Shown here: piece by piece, positions 26,693 to 36,859 of the stretch | How positions within the stretch are numbered: the first letter of the stretch is position 1 | Layout: each line of letters begins with the position of its first letter | NCBI GenBank assembly: GCA_050633305.1 | Contig: JBOEGF010000005.1 | Span: forward strand, 96,001-160,000 | Direction: 5' to 3' | Source: Nannocystales bacterium | Lineage (GTDB): Bacteria > Myxococcota_A > Polyangia > Nannocystales > Nannocystaceae | DNA length: 64,000 nt | Translations under genes and position numbers: made by a program | Notes under the pieces: generated by a model | What the model was told of the DNA's origin: nothing | Databases searched by the model: none | The model's input: the letters and a program-made list of their open reading frames with translations, nothing else

Positions 26693-29600
26693 CTATCGGC
26701 GCTCGGCCAGCCACGCATCAGCCTCGCGCACGCTCTCCTCGAGCTCGAGCGCTGCGAACTGCTCCCGTGCGGTCTGCATCCACACCCGTGCGTCGCGGGC
26801 GCGGCTCTTGTCTGTCTGAGACTGCAAAGCGAGCGCCTGATGGAACCGGGCGGTTGTCGTGGTTGGGGGGCGGCTCCCGACGTCGGGCTCGAGCGCGAGG
26901 AGGGCGGCGAACCCTTCCTCCTGGGCCCCAGCGAGGGCCAGATACTGCGCTCGGTCTAGCTTCATCCGCAACGTGGTGTCGCTGTCGGGTTCGGCGTTGG
27001 AGCGGGCGATCGCGGTATCACACGCGGCTCGCGTGGCTTCGACATCGCGGCGCGCCGCCTCCAAGGAACACTTCACGAAGTACATCCAGGACAGGCTCGG
27101 GCTCGCCGCTCCGTGGGCTTCGACCTCGTCTTGGATGAGGCTCTGGACGAGCGGTGCCGCTTCCGCGGGGCGGTCGAGGGCGATCAACCACTCGGCTTGT
27201 TGGGAGTCGGGTATCTGGGTGGGCTGACCAGCTGCTTCGAGCACGGCGCTGGAGCGCTTGGCGAACTCCAGCGCGTCCTCGTAGCGCTCGGCAGCGCCCT
27301 CGATCGCGGACAGCGTGGAGAGCGTACCTCCGTAGCCATAGTGCGCGGTGCCGTGTGTTTCGGCGACGAGCGCGAGCGCTCGCTCGGCTTCCGCGCGGGC
27401 CTCGTCGTACAGCTCCATCGATTTATACGCGTGGGCGAGTGAGCGGTGGCTCTCGATCAGGTCGGGGTGGCTGGGCCCGAGCTCTTGGGCGCTGACCTCG
27501 ATGACCTCCTTCAGACGAGGGATGACCCCTTCGATGTCGCCCGAGAGGCGCTTGAACATGATGAGGGACTCGCTCGTTGTGGCCCATCGCATCGGATCGA
27601 CGTCGCGAGGGGTCATCGCGAGGCCGCGTTCCGCGAACTCGATCGCCTTGGGCAAGTCGTCGGCGTAGAACGCCGCGATACCAGCATTGGTGTACAGCGT
27701 GCCCCGGACCGGGTCTGAGAGCGTCGTTCCGTCGAGCGCAGCTTCGGCGCGCTTGAAGAGAGGCTCGACCTGCGGCCACGGAGTCCGTTGGCGAGCCTTC
27801 GCGTAGATGTGGAGGATCAGTGCTCGCGCGACGACGCTGTTGTATCGGGACGCGATGCCGTGGAGCTCGGCCTGCTCGAACTGGGTCACGGCCTCGTCCT
27901 CGCGGGCCATGTTCACCAGCAGTCGACCTCGCGCGTAGGCGACCTCGGCTTCGAGCGGGCGAAACCCCAACGCCGTCGCCTCGTCCACGTGCGCATCGAT
28001 CACGGCGAGTCCCTCGCTGTACCGGCCGAGTCGGTGCTCGGCGTCGGCAAGCAGCGTCGCGTCTCGGATGATGGCGACGCGTTTTGCGATCGGCTCCGGG
28101 GGGATCGGCGCTTGTTCTGCGCTGAGCTGTGCATCGTCGCTGCAAGACGCCACGTTGGGCAGGCCTGCAATGGTCTGTGTCGCCCGCCGGACGATTTTAT
28201 CGTCGGCCTGCATGAGCCCCTCGATCACACCACGGGTGACGATGCGAGCGCGTCCCAAGCATTGACGCTGCAGCGCGGCTCGGTCCGCGTCGAGCTCCGA
28301 TTTTGCGACCGCGCGACATAGGGTCTGCTCCTGCTCGCCCCACGCTTGGGTGTACGTGTCGAGGCGTCCGCGAACGTTCTCGGCGATCGTCGGAGCGGTC
28401 CGCAGGCCCGAGCCCTCAAAGGCCGCGGTGAGGCGCTCGGCGGTGTCTTCGTTCCAGGCCTCGCCGAGCCCGGTGAGTTCCGCACAGGTCGCGGATGCGG
28501 CTGTCGCGGGATCGGGCGCGCGGACCGCCATCACCGTCAGCGGAAGCGCCACCGCTCCCAGTCCGGCGACGATGCCCCAGGAGGCGCGCCGTGCTCCCAT
28601 GGGGGCGAGCGCGCTCAGCAACGCCTGCATCGAGGGAAAGCGGTCTTCGGGTCTTTTCGCCAATCCCCGAAGGAGCGCGGCTCGAACGCGCCGGGGAAGC
28701 GGAGGCGTTGTGGGCACGGTGGGCGTTGGCGTTTCGCACACCGCGTGCGCGAGCGAGGCCAGGGTGCGCGCCTCGAAGGGGCGAACCCCAAAGAGGGCCT
28801 CCCAAAGCACGACGCAGAACGCGAACTGGTCGCACGCCGGACCGACCCTCACGCGTGAAAACTGCTCCGGCGCCATGTAGGCGGGCGTGCCGACGAACGC
28901 ACCGCTCTTGGTCAGCTCGTGGAGACGCTCGCCGTCGGTCGACTCGGAAGGCTCGCCATCGAGCGTGGGCGCGGCGGCTTCGGAAGCCTCGGTGACCATG
29001 CTCCACCGTGCCAAACCGAAGTCGGTGACGAACACCCGGCCTTTGTCACTGAGCAACACGTTGTCCGGCTTGAAGTCGCGGTGCACCAGACCGGCCTCGT
29101 GGGCAGCGGCCAGCCCACGGCCGGCCGCGATCAAGGTGGGGCCGACCTCTTTCCAGGTGCGCCGGGGACCCTTCATCCACCCCTTGAGCGTCCCCGCGTC
29201 GACGTACTCCATCGCGACGAAGACCTGTTTGTTCCACGTGCCCACGTCGTGGACCGCGATCACGTTGGGATGGGAGAGCTTGGCCATCGCTCGCGCCTCG
29301 CGAAGCAGACGCGTGCTCTGTTCGTCGTCATCGCGACCGCGTCGTCGGATGACCTTCACTGCGACTTTCCGATCCAGTTGAGGATCGTGGGCCAGGTACA
29401 CGATGCCCATGCCACCCATGCCCAAGACGTCCAAGACCCGGTAGCGGCCGACCGACGCCCCCACAGCGACGGGGTCCGGCATCGGGTCGGGCCCGTCCAC
29501 CGATACCGCGGTGTCTCTGGGGAGGGTCGCTTCGTTGTCCCCGGCGAACACCTTCACCAACTCGGACACCACAGCGCGGCATCCCGAGCAGTCGTCGAGA

Positions 29601-29701
29601 TGGTCTTCCACGACCTCTCTCTCCGCCGGCTCTAGACTTCCCTCGACAAACGCCGCGACGATGTCTTCCGTCGGGCAGCCGTCGAGCGTCCAGTGGGACA
29701 T
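26693..29701 (-). CDS. membrane Ser/Thr protein kinase with N-terminal zf-HC2-like finger and C-terminal TPRs
   Basis: HLDDCSGC; LGMGGMG, VAVK, HRDFKPDN, DFG, GTPAYMAPE; TM; TPR-like repeats. Confidence 0.93.
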   Translation of the reverse strand: MSHWTLDGCPTEDIVAAFVEGSLEPAEREVVEDHLDDCSGCRAVVSELVKVFAGDNEATLPRDTAVSVDGPDPMPDPVAVGASVGRYRVLDVLGMGGMGIVYLAHDPQLDRKVAVKVIRRRGRDDDEQSTRLLREARAMAKLSHPNVIAVHDVGTWNKQVFVAMEYVDAGTLKGWMKGPRRTWKEVGPTLIAAGRGLAAAHEAGLVHRDFKPDNVLLSDKGRVFVTDFGLARWSMVTEASEAAAPTLDGEPSESTDGERLHELTKSGAFVGTPAYMAPEQFSRVRVGPACDQFAFCVVLWEALFGVRPFEARTLASLAHAVCETPTPTVPTTPPLPRRVRAALLRGLAKRPEDRFPSMQALLSALAPMGARRASWGIVAGLGAVALPLTVMAVRAPDPATAASATCAELTGLGEAWNEDTAERLTAAFEGSGLRTAPTIAENVRGRLDTYTQAWGEQEQTLCRAVAKSELDADRAALQRQCLGRARIVTRGVIEGLMQADDKIVRRATQTIAGLPNVASCSDDAQLSAEQAPIPPEPIAKRVAIIRDATLLADAEHRLGRYSEGLAVIDAHVDEATALGFRPLEAEVAYARGRLLVNMAREDEAVTQFEQAELHGIASRYNSVVARALILHIYAKARQRTPWPQVEPLFKRAEAALDGTTLSDPVRGTLYTNAGIAAFYADDLPKAIEFAERGLAMTPRDVDPMRWATTSESLIMFKRLSGDIEGVIPRLKEVIEVSAQELGPSHPDLIESHRSLAHAYKSMELYDEARAEAERALALVAETHGTAHYGYGGTLSTLSAIEGAAERYEDALEFAKRSSAVLEAAGQPTQIPDSQQAEWLIALDRPAEAAPLVQSLIQDEVEAHGAASPSLSWMYFVKCSLEAARRDVEATRAACDTAIARSNAEPDSDTTLRMKLDRAQYLALAGAQEEGFAALLALEPDVGSRPPTTTTARFHQALALQSQTDKSRARDARVWMQTAREQFAALELEESVREADAWLAERR

Positions 29702-29781
29702 GAGTCATCATACCGAAGTTGCCGGATGCGGGCCTTGCGACCGAGCGCGGCCCGGTCCGGCTTCGGAAACGTGGCGCGTCG

Positions 29782-30600
29782 CTAGACCTTCCGAAGCAGC
29801 GACGCCTTGCGGGTCTGGAACTCAGCTTCGGTGAGCAGTCCGCGGTCACGTAGATCCGAGAGCTGCCGGATGCCATCGGCAAGGTCGCCGGCCGTCATGG
29901 AGCCTGAAGAACTGCCATGCGGTTTGTCCTCGCTCGGCGCTCCTGCAGCGCTCCCGCCGGACGGGCTCGGCCCCTGCGGTGCAGCGGGTTGCGGCGCGGC
30001 GGAGGGCTGAGGCGCAGCGCCGTACGGCGAGGCCGCGGGCTGGGCTTGCGGTTGTTGGGGAGCGCCACCGTACGGGTTCTGCGGCGGCGGTCCACCGTAT
30101 GGGTTTGCCTGCGGGGGACTTCCGTATGGAGCTTGGGGCGGCTGACCGGGGTAGGGGGCGCGCGGCGGTTGGCCGGGGTAGCCAGCAGCCTGGGGAGGGT
30201 GTCCAGGATACGGAGCCTGTGGAGGCTGACTGGGGTAGGGGGCTTGGGGAGGCCGTCCAGGGTACGGCGCCGCCCCGGGGTACTGGGGCTGCCCGCCGTA
30301 TGGGGCCTGTCCGCCATATGGATTCTGCGGCTGTCCGTACGCGGCGGCATACGCCCCGTGCACGGCTCCGGGGAGCGCGGCAAAGGTCTGTGCTTGGAGG
30401 CGTCGTCGCTGGGCGGCGGCTTTCAGCGCGGGCCGGCGGATCAGGTAGACGGGAATCGCGATGAAGGGCAGCAACAACGCAAAGAAGAACCATCCGACCG
30501 GACCGGGCGCAAATCCCGGTACATCGTCTCCGTCGTAGCCGATGTTGGAGGCATCGACGGCCATCCCGATGTAGATGGCAAGGAGGATCAGCCCACCCAT
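29782..30600 (-). CDS. membrane protein with Pro/Gly/Gln/Tyr repeats and C-terminal SHOCT domain
   Basis: Two TM helices; PYPGQPPQA-type repeats; LSDLRDRGLLTEAEFQTRKASLL. Confidence 0.8.
   Translation of the reverse strand: MGGLILLAIYIGMAVDASNIGYDGDDVPGFAPGPVGWFFFALLLPFIAIPVYLIRRPALKAAAQRRRLQAQTFAALPGAVHGAYAAAYGQPQNPYGGQAPYGGQPQYPGAAPYPGRPPQAPYPSQPPQAPYPGHPPQAAGYPGQPPRAPYPGQPPQAPYGSPPQANPYGGPPPQNPYGGAPQQPQAQPAASPYGAAPQPSAAPQPAAPQGPSPSGGSAAGAPSEDKPHGSSSGSMTAGDLADGIRQLSDLRDRGLLTEAEFQTRKASLLRKV
30060..30335 (-). repeat. imperfect ~27-bp coding tandem repeats (PYPGQPPQA-like)
   Basis: About ten PY(P/G)G-containing units visible in the translation. Confidence 0.7.
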
Positions 30601-30631
30601 GTGCGCGCCAGTGTAGTCGATCGGGGGCGGT

Positions 30632-31132
30632 TCAGCCCTTGATGATCTTGCCGGCCCGCGGATCCGAGGGGAGGAACCGCAGCCACTCCTCTTTGAGGGC
30701 AGCGATGTCGCGGGCGCCCGCGGCGGGGACCACGGCGTGTCCCAGGCCACTGTTGCTCATGAACGCCACGACCGCGGCCTCTCCGGACTGCACCTTTTCC
30801 GCGAGTTCGGGCTCGATCATGAGTCGGCCGACGCGGCCCGCGATCTCCGGAAAGTGGAAGGGCTTGCACCGCTCGCTGGGGACTCCGCCCTGGCGGTCGA
30901 GCCTGGACTGCGTCACCCAACGCCGGACGGCGTCGTAGAACTCACCGGTCGGGGCGTCCTTGAGCGCGGCAACATTGAGTGGGCGAACCTGGGACTTGCC
31001 GGGCCCGCCCTTGCCTTTGCCCTTCCGTTTGCCTTTGCCTTTGCCCTTGTTCTTCTTCTTGGCATCGACGCGGTCGATGTCCGCTTGGCTGACCAGTCCC
31101 GCGGACGCGAGCTTCGCTTTCAGATCCAGCAT
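30632..31132 (-). CDS. DUF2058/YaiL-like protein with Lys/Gly-rich tract
   Basis: LKAKLASAGLV; KKKNKGKGKGKRKGKGKG; HAVVPAAGARDI. Confidence 0.6.
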   Translation of the reverse strand: MLDLKAKLASAGLVSQADIDRVDAKKKNKGKGKGKRKGKGKGGPGKSQVRPLNVAALKDAPTGEFYDAVRRWVTQSRLDRQGGVPSERCKPFHFPEIAGRVGRLMIEPELAEKVQSGEAAVVAFMSNSGLGHAVVPAAGARDIAALKEEWLRFLPSDPRAGKIIKG

Positions 31133-31274
31133 CGGAACGCACGAGTGTAGCGCGATGCGAGTCCGGGGCCAGCGAATCTCGCGTGCGCTGCGCGACGCTC
31201 TGCCAGGAGCGATGCCCGAGAACGGTCGGGTCCCCGGGCGGGAACTGCTCGGCCGGTCGTGAAGGAGGGGCGGC

Positions 31275-31317
31275 CCCGCATCGCCGGGGAAACTCGTGGG
31301 GAGACGACGATGCGGGA
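31275..31317. terminator. hairpin downstream of the M15 peptidase gene
   Basis: CCCGCATCG...CGATGCGGG inverted repeat; no clear U-tract. Confidence 0.4.
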
Positions 31318-31331
31318 CCTCGAAGAGAGAT

Positions 31332-32387
31332 CTAGAGTTCGGTGCTCACTTCGACCACCCGGCCGACGTCGACCTCGACGAGGGATGCATGGGCGGGTGG
31401 GGTGAAGGTGTCGCCCTTGAACTCGGCGAGGAGGGTCCCGTTTGCATCGAATGCGGTCCAGCGGCGGACGGGCTCACCCTCGTCGAAGCCTTCGGCTGGG
31501 GCCGAGAGCACGCCATTCGCGCGCTCGATGGTCGCGGAAAACTCGGCCATCGTGAAGTCGTCGGGGTGGCTGCCCGGGGCGAGTGCTGCAGCGCCGAAGA
31601 GCTTCTGGTCTTGCGAGTCGAAACGCCAGTCGCAGTGCACGTGGCTGTTGTACTCGACCAGCTTGCCGCCGTTGTTGCTGCAGACGGACTCGAGCGAGTT
31701 GATGCTGGTCGCGAGCGGCTTGATGTCGAAGGCGTCGCCGTACATGTGGCGCGATCGGGTCGCTCCACCGACGCCTGCGTTGTAGGAAGGCGAGCGGTAG
31801 CCGGAGTTGATGCGCATGCCGCCGGCGGCGTCTCGCATCGCCTGGATGCGCTCGACCGCGTGCGGCTGCACGACGGCGTATCTGCCTTTGGCTCGGCTGG
31901 CGAGCTCGCCGAGTGTGAAGTTCGGGGCGATCTTGGTGCTCTCGTCGACCTCGTCGAGGTCGATGTACGCCAGCGGTGCGCGGTAGTTGCTGTTGAGGGG
32001 CGAGGGGTAGTTGTAGCCGGAGGGCGACCCGGGGAACGCGAGTGGGAAGCAGACGCTGTGGTCCCGGTCGGGGCCGAGAAAACACAGGTCGTTGGGGTTG
32101 GGTTCGTCGCCGTCGGCCTCTCCGGTATCGCCGGTGTCGTCGTGGTCTTCGCAGTCTTCCTCGTTGGCCACGACGGTGCATTCGCGGGCAGCGTCTGGGC
32201 AGCAGTCTCCGTTGGCCGCACATTCGGCGTCGCAGAAACACCCGGTCGGCGCTTCGCCGCCGCAGTAGCCGACACACGAACCTTCGAACGCGTCGACTTG
32301 GCGGCCTTGGGAGTCCTCTGCGTCGCACCCTGCGAACAGCGCGAAGAGGGAGGAGACGAGCAAAGTGGAGGAGAATTTGACGTTCAC
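31332..32387 (-). CDS. lipoprotein, peptidase M15 (D-Ala-D-Ala carboxypeptidase-like) with somatomedin-B-like Cys domain
   Basis: FAGC lipobox; SCVGYCG..CFCDAEC...GDCCPD; NFTLGEL, INSGYRS, SRHMYGDAFD, HVHCD. Confidence 0.85.
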   Translation of the reverse strand: MNVKFSSTLLVSSLFALFAGCDAEDSQGRQVDAFEGSCVGYCGGEAPTGCFCDAECAANGDCCPDAARECTVVANEEDCEDHDDTGDTGEADGDEPNPNDLCFLGPDRDHSVCFPLAFPGSPSGYNYPSPLNSNYRAPLAYIDLDEVDESTKIAPNFTLGELASRAKGRYAVVQPHAVERIQAMRDAAGGMRINSGYRSPSYNAGVGGATRSRHMYGDAFDIKPLATSINSLESVCSNNGGKLVEYNSHVHCDWRFDSQDQKLFGAAALAPGSHPDDFTMAEFSATIERANGVLSAPAEGFDEGEPVRRWTAFDANGTLLAEFKGDTFTPPAHASLVEVDVGRVVEVSTEL

Positions 32388-32531
32388 GAGCGGCAACCTG
32401 CGATCCGGGAATGGAGTGCGCCGCGCCCCCTTGGAGGTTCCCGAGCGGCCTGTTTTCACGGCTAGAGCCTATTGCCCGGCCGCGGAGGGCGCTGTGGCGA
32501 GGCTGCCAGATGTGCTCTACGCTGCCGCCTC

Positions 32532-33512
32532 ATGGCTTATCGATGGGGAATCGCTGCGCTCGTGCTGTTGCTGGGGTGTTCGCCTGACGACGACGGGAAT
32601 GTCGGACAGATTCCACCCGGGTCGTGGCTGGCCGACCCGCTCGCCCCGATCCCCGACGACTTCGCCGAGCTGGGCATCTACGCCGAGCCGGGTGATCCCG
32701 AATCCGTCCCCGATGCCGCGGTTGCCTACGAGCCACGTTGGCCTCTGTGGAGCAGCGGCAGCGAGAAACATCGGCACTTCGTGCTCCCCGAGGGCGGGCT
32801 GGTCGACAACTCCGGTCCGGCATGGTCGTTCCCCCCCGGCACCGCGTTCTTCAAGACGTTTGGTTATCCCCGCGACGGGCGATTTGTCCCAGTCGAGACC
32901 CGCGTCATGCACGTGGAGGAGGACGGGGGGTGGGCCTACGAGGACTACCAGTGGGATGCGGAGGGTCGCTCGGCCCAGAAGCTCGACATCACGTTCGACA
33001 CCGAGGTGATGGTCGAGACCGATGAGGGGCCGTTGGTCCACACCATCCCCGCTCGGCTCGAGTGTCGCGAGTGCCACGAGAGCGCTCCATCGTTCGCCCT
33101 CGGATTCGAAGCGCTGCAGCTGGGGCCGCACATGGCGGACCTTCAAGATTCATTTGCCGAGCCCGTCCCCGAGGCCCGAGAACTTGGCGGCGCGGACGAG
33201 ACGACCGACGCGGTCTTGGGACTGCTCGTGGGCCAGTGCGTTCACTGCCACAACGGCACCGACGGTCCTTCCAGCGGGTTCGACCTCGGCCCGGATGTTG
33301 CTTTGCAGAACATCATCGGCATCGAGACCGAGAGCTCTGCGATGGCCGCGGGCGTGCGGGTCGTGCCCGGCGACCCTGCGAGCAGCATTCTGTTCCAGGC
33401 ATTCTCGGGCGAGACCGACGACCCCGAGGTGAGCGACATGCCGCCGCTGGGGATCGATCGCCGAGACCCTGAGGCGATCGAGTTGCTCAGGGGCTGGATC
33501 GCGTCCCTGTGA
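32532..33512 (+). CDS. di-heme c-type cytochrome lipoprotein (SO2930-like)
   Basis: LLGC lipobox; PLWSSGSEKHR, KTF, VETR; CRECH and CVHCH; MPPLG. Confidence 0.8.
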   Translation: MAYRWGIAALVLLLGCSPDDDGNVGQIPPGSWLADPLAPIPDDFAELGIYAEPGDPESVPDAAVAYEPRWPLWSSGSEKHRHFVLPEGGLVDNSGPAWSFPPGTAFFKTFGYPRDGRFVPVETRVMHVEEDGGWAYEDYQWDAEGRSAQKLDITFDTEVMVETDEGPLVHTIPARLECRECHESAPSFALGFEALQLGPHMADLQDSFAEPVPEARELGGADETTDAVLGLLVGQCVHCHNGTDGPSSGFDLGPDVALQNIIGIETESSAMAAGVRVVPGDPASSILFQAFSGETDDPEVSDMPPLGIDRRDPEAIELLRGWIASL

Positions 33513-33523
33513 GAGCAGGGTCG

Positions 33524-34123
33524 ATGCGAGACGTGACCGCCACGTTGCGCCGTCTGTATCGAGACGTGGACGGCTACGAGATCGGAGCTCGGCAAGAGCG
33601 TCGTATCGAACGGGCCCGCGGCAGCGCGACCTACGGCGAGATCATGCCGTCCGCCTCGGTGAAGCTGATCGATGCCCTGGAGCTTGGGCCGGCGGATACG
33701 TTCGTCGACTTGGGCAGTGGCGTCGGCAAGCTCGTGATGACCGCGGCGCTGCGTTCCAAGGTTGGACGCGCCATTGGCGTCGAGCTGGGTCGGGACCGTC
33801 ATCGCGATGCGGTGTCGGTGGTACGGGAGGCGGAGGCCGAGGGGGTGCTCACGCCCGGGGTGGTCGAGCTCCGCAACCAGGACATTTTGCGGACATCGTT
33901 GGCCGGAGCCACGGTCCTGTACACCTGCTCGACCGCCTTTCCTTACGCCTTCACCGAGCGGGTTGCGCACCGGGTGGGTCGGCTGAGACGCCCGGTTCGG
34001 TTCGTGACCCTCCAGGAACTGGACTGTGACGTTCCGGGGTTTGCGCTCACCGAGGTGATGCGCCTGGACATGTCGTGGGCGCGAAAGCGCAAGGTCCACA
34101 TCTACGCTGTGAGCGGGCCCTGA
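33524..34123 (+). CDS. class I SAM methyltransferase, DOT1-like
   Basis: YGEI, FVDLGSGVGKLV, GVEL..R, late MSW motif; alternative GTG start at 33509. Confidence 0.75.
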   Translation: MRDVTATLRRLYRDVDGYEIGARQERRIERARGSATYGEIMPSASVKLIDALELGPADTFVDLGSGVGKLVMTAALRSKVGRAIGVELGRDRHRDAVSVVREAEAEGVLTPGVVELRNQDILRTSLAGATVLYTCSTAFPYAFTERVAHRVGRLRRPVRFVTLQELDCDVPGFALTEVMRLDMSWARKRKVHIYAVSGP

Positions 34124-34216
34124 GCCGGTTCGCGGGTTCGCACGCCGCTTTGCCGAATCCTGCGGTCCCGGACCCTTGCCAACCGCTTCCGGCGGTTCCA
34201 CAGTGCGCGAGCAACT

Positions 34217-35731
34217 GTGGACGAAGTCGAGCTCAAGCTGATAGCGGGACCCTCCTTCGATGCCGCGGAGCTGCAGAAGCAGCTCGGGTCGGTCGGAACA
34301 CTGGTCAAGACGGAGTCCTTCGAGCAGCGCGACACGTACCTCGATACGCCGTCCGCCGAGCTGGTCACGCTGGGTCTCTCGGCCCGGGTTCGGGCCAAAA
34401 AGGACGGCCGGCAGATCGACGTGAAGCCGGTCCCGATCGAGTCCGGTTTGGTGATGCGCCGCAGCGAGTTCACCGCGCCCGTTTCCAAGAAGGGCGAGCC
34501 CGGCCGCACGCTCCGCAAGCTGCTCGCCAAGATGCTCGGCGTTGCGCTGGACGACACCGCCGGGCCGGTCCTCACCCTGCACACCGATCGCGTGCTGCAC
34601 ACGGTCGAGGTCGACAAGAGCCGGGTCGAGGTCTGTGTGGACACGGTCCGTGTCCTCGGAGCCTCCGACAAAGAGGCGGGCAGCTTCCTCGAAGTCGAGG
34701 CCGAGCTGGTCGAAGGTGGGGAGACCGCGCTCCACACGTTGGCCGACGCGTTCGCCTCGTTCGACCTGTCGGTCTCGGGGCGCAGCAAGTACGTCCGGGC
34801 CCGAGAGATTCTCGAGCTGCCCGCGTACGACTGGAGCGCACCGGCGCCCGCGTTCGAGCGGGACACGGACATGGCCGAAGCCGCTCGCGCTGTGTGTCGC
34901 CAGCAGCTGCAGCTCATGCACAACTACGAGCCGGGCACACGCATCGGTCTCGACACAGAGCACCTGCACAAGATGCGAGTGGCAACCCGCCGCCTCCGCA
35001 CCGCCATGCGTGTGTTCGAGGCTGGATTCGTCGATGCGGACCGCAAGGTCCTCGGTCGGGGCTTTCGGTGGCTCGGTCGACGCCTCGGAGCGATTCGGGA
35101 TCTCGACGTCGCGATGCTCGCCTTGCCGACCTGGCGTTCGCGGTTTGGCCCCGAGCCTGAAGCTGGCTGGGATGCTCTCGCGGAGCGGCTTGAGGTTCGT
35201 CGAGGTCGCGCCCGTCGCGAGTTGGTCGACGCGCTCGACAGCACACGTTGGACCGAACTCGCCGAGACCGCCGAACGGGTGTTCTCGGTCGCGTCCCATC
35301 GCTGCGGACCGCTTGCGGAGCACATGGGTCCTCTGCTCGAGTCTCGACTCACCGCGTTCGAAACCGGCGTGCAGACCTTCATGCGCACCCACGAACTCGG
35401 CGATGCGCACCAACTTCGCATCCTCGGCAAACGTCTGCGCTACACGGTCGAGTTTCTCCGACCCGCCCTCGCGACCGATGTGAAGCCGCTCCTGAAGCGA
35501 CTGTCCGTTTTTCAGGACACCTTGGGCGCCATGCAAGACGCCTCCGAGGCCGGTGCGTTCGCGTTGAACGAGCTCGAGGACGACGGCGATGCCAGCATGG
35601 CGTTCGTTCTGGGGGCACTGCGGGGCTCCGCGATGATCGAAGCGGAGCAGGCTCGGTCCCGGGTCGACGGCGCGTTGGATGTCCTCGGGGTTGCCGAGCT
35701 CGCCGCAGCTCTTCGCGAATCCGTCGCGTGA
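34217..35731 (+). CDS. CYTH + CHAD domain protein
   Basis: EVELK, DTYLDT, EVEAEL, SKY; LHKMRVATRRLR, LGAIRDLDV, HQLRILGKRLRY, LGAMQD. Confidence 0.9.
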   Translation: MDEVELKLIAGPSFDAAELQKQLGSVGTLVKTESFEQRDTYLDTPSAELVTLGLSARVRAKKDGRQIDVKPVPIESGLVMRRSEFTAPVSKKGEPGRTLRKLLAKMLGVALDDTAGPVLTLHTDRVLHTVEVDKSRVEVCVDTVRVLGASDKEAGSFLEVEAELVEGGETALHTLADAFASFDLSVSGRSKYVRAREILELPAYDWSAPAPAFERDTDMAEAARAVCRQQLQLMHNYEPGTRIGLDTEHLHKMRVATRRLRTAMRVFEAGFVDADRKVLGRGFRWLGRRLGAIRDLDVAMLALPTWRSRFGPEPEAGWDALAERLEVRRGRARRELVDALDSTRWTELAETAERVFSVASHRCGPLAEHMGPLLESRLTAFETGVQTFMRTHELGDAHQLRILGKRLRYTVEFLRPALATDVKPLLKRLSVFQDTLGAMQDASEAGAFALNELEDDGDASMAFVLGALRGSAMIEAEQARSRVDGALDVLGVAELAAALRESVA

Positions 35732-35926
35732 AATCGGGCTGAGTGATGGGGCCTGGGGCAGATGTCGCAGGCTCCTAGAGTGGCCACCCATTGTGGGCCG
35801 GTCCCGTGAAGTCCGGCCAGGTGCGACTTTCGGCGCGATTTCGCGGGGCGCGGGTAACTGTGCGTTCTCACGTGGATGTGGTCGTCGGCTCAGGTTGGCC
35901 AGGGTCTTGCTCCCTCTTGAGCCGTG

Positions 35927-36307
35927 ATGGCCCAGCGACCCTCGATCAACCGCGCGCTCTCCCTCGCTGCTGCCCTCCGTCGAAAGCGCAAGTCCGTTCA
36001 GGACGAAGACGCAAAGGCCGCGCTCATCGAGGGACTCGCCTTCAGTACGGCGACGATCCGCAGCGGTGGGATGGCAGTGGCGAAGCTCCGTGGTCTTCAT
36101 CTGCACGGCGCCGACCTCAAGTGTGAGTCCATGAGCAGCGGTTTCATCGTGGATGTCCTGCCGCAGCACACGGTGCAAGAGAAGGGCGAGCAGCTGGTGC
36201 TGGCGATGCGAATCTTCCGACGTATGGGCACGCCACGGGCGTTGTGCCTGGTCCGGGTCAGCATCGGAGGAAGCAGCGCCGTCGCGTCGATCACGGTCCG
36301 CGTCTGA
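35927..36307 (+). CDS. hypothetical protein
   Basis: ORF with coding-like codon bias filling an intergenic gap. Confidence 0.55.
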   Translation: MAQRPSINRALSLAAALRRKRKSVQDEDAKAALIEGLAFSTATIRSGGMAVAKLRGLHLHGADLKCESMSSGFIVDVLPQHTVQEKGEQLVLAMRIFRRMGTPRALCLVRVSIGGSSAVASITVRV

Positions 36308-36330
36308 GGGGCTGCGGTACGGTGCGCGGC

Positions 36331-36801
36331 ATGACCGACACCGTGCCGCTTCGGGTTCAGGGGATCGACGGCCTGCGGGCGATCGTGGGGCAAAGGCTGG
36401 GGCCGAGCGCAGCGGTGCGAGTCGACGCGGCCAAGGTTCGGGCGTTCGCCGATGCGACCGGCGACCACCAGTGGATCCACGTCGACGCCGAGCGGGCGGC
36501 GGCGGAGGCCCCGTGGGGAGGGCCGATCGCGCATGGGTATTTGGTGCTGAGTCTGCTGCCGGTCCTGCTGTTTCAGCAGGTGTTGGTGGTGGAGGACGTC
36601 TCGGCGATGATCAACTACGGTCTCGACAAACTCAGGTTTCCAGCCGTAACCCCGGTGGGGGCAGAGGTCCGATTGCAGGCGGTCCTGGAGAGCCTGGAGC
36701 CCAAGGCTGGAGGCCAACTCGGTCGGTTCTCGCTGTCGTTCGAGGTCGAAGGCGTCGCCAAGCCCGTGTGTGCCGCGACGGCGCTCATCCTGTTCACCTG
36801 A
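36331..36801 (+). CDS. MaoC-family dehydratase
   Basis: FADATGDHQWIHVD, IAHGYL, NYGLDKLRFP. Confidence 0.92.
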   Translation: MTDTVPLRVQGIDGLRAIVGQRLGPSAAVRVDAAKVRAFADATGDHQWIHVDAERAAAEAPWGGPIAHGYLVLSLLPVLLFQQVLVVEDVSAMINYGLDKLRFPAVTPVGAEVRLQAVLESLEPKAGGQLGRFSLSFEVEGVAKPVCAATALILFT

Positions 36802-36859
36802 GGGCACGCGTGGTTGGTGCTCGGCGAGGCGCTCGTGCATCTCTGCTAGCGTTCGGCCG

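Noticed and set aside
26693..29701. Zinc-finger kinase-TPR protein as a novel system
   Set aside because: Common architecture in myxobacteria, and no adjacent cognate sigma factor here
33242..36178. 978-aa minus-strand ORF
   Set aside because: Antisense shadow of the cytochrome, methyltransferase, CYTH-CHAD and hypothetical genes; no motifs; typical of high-GC DNA
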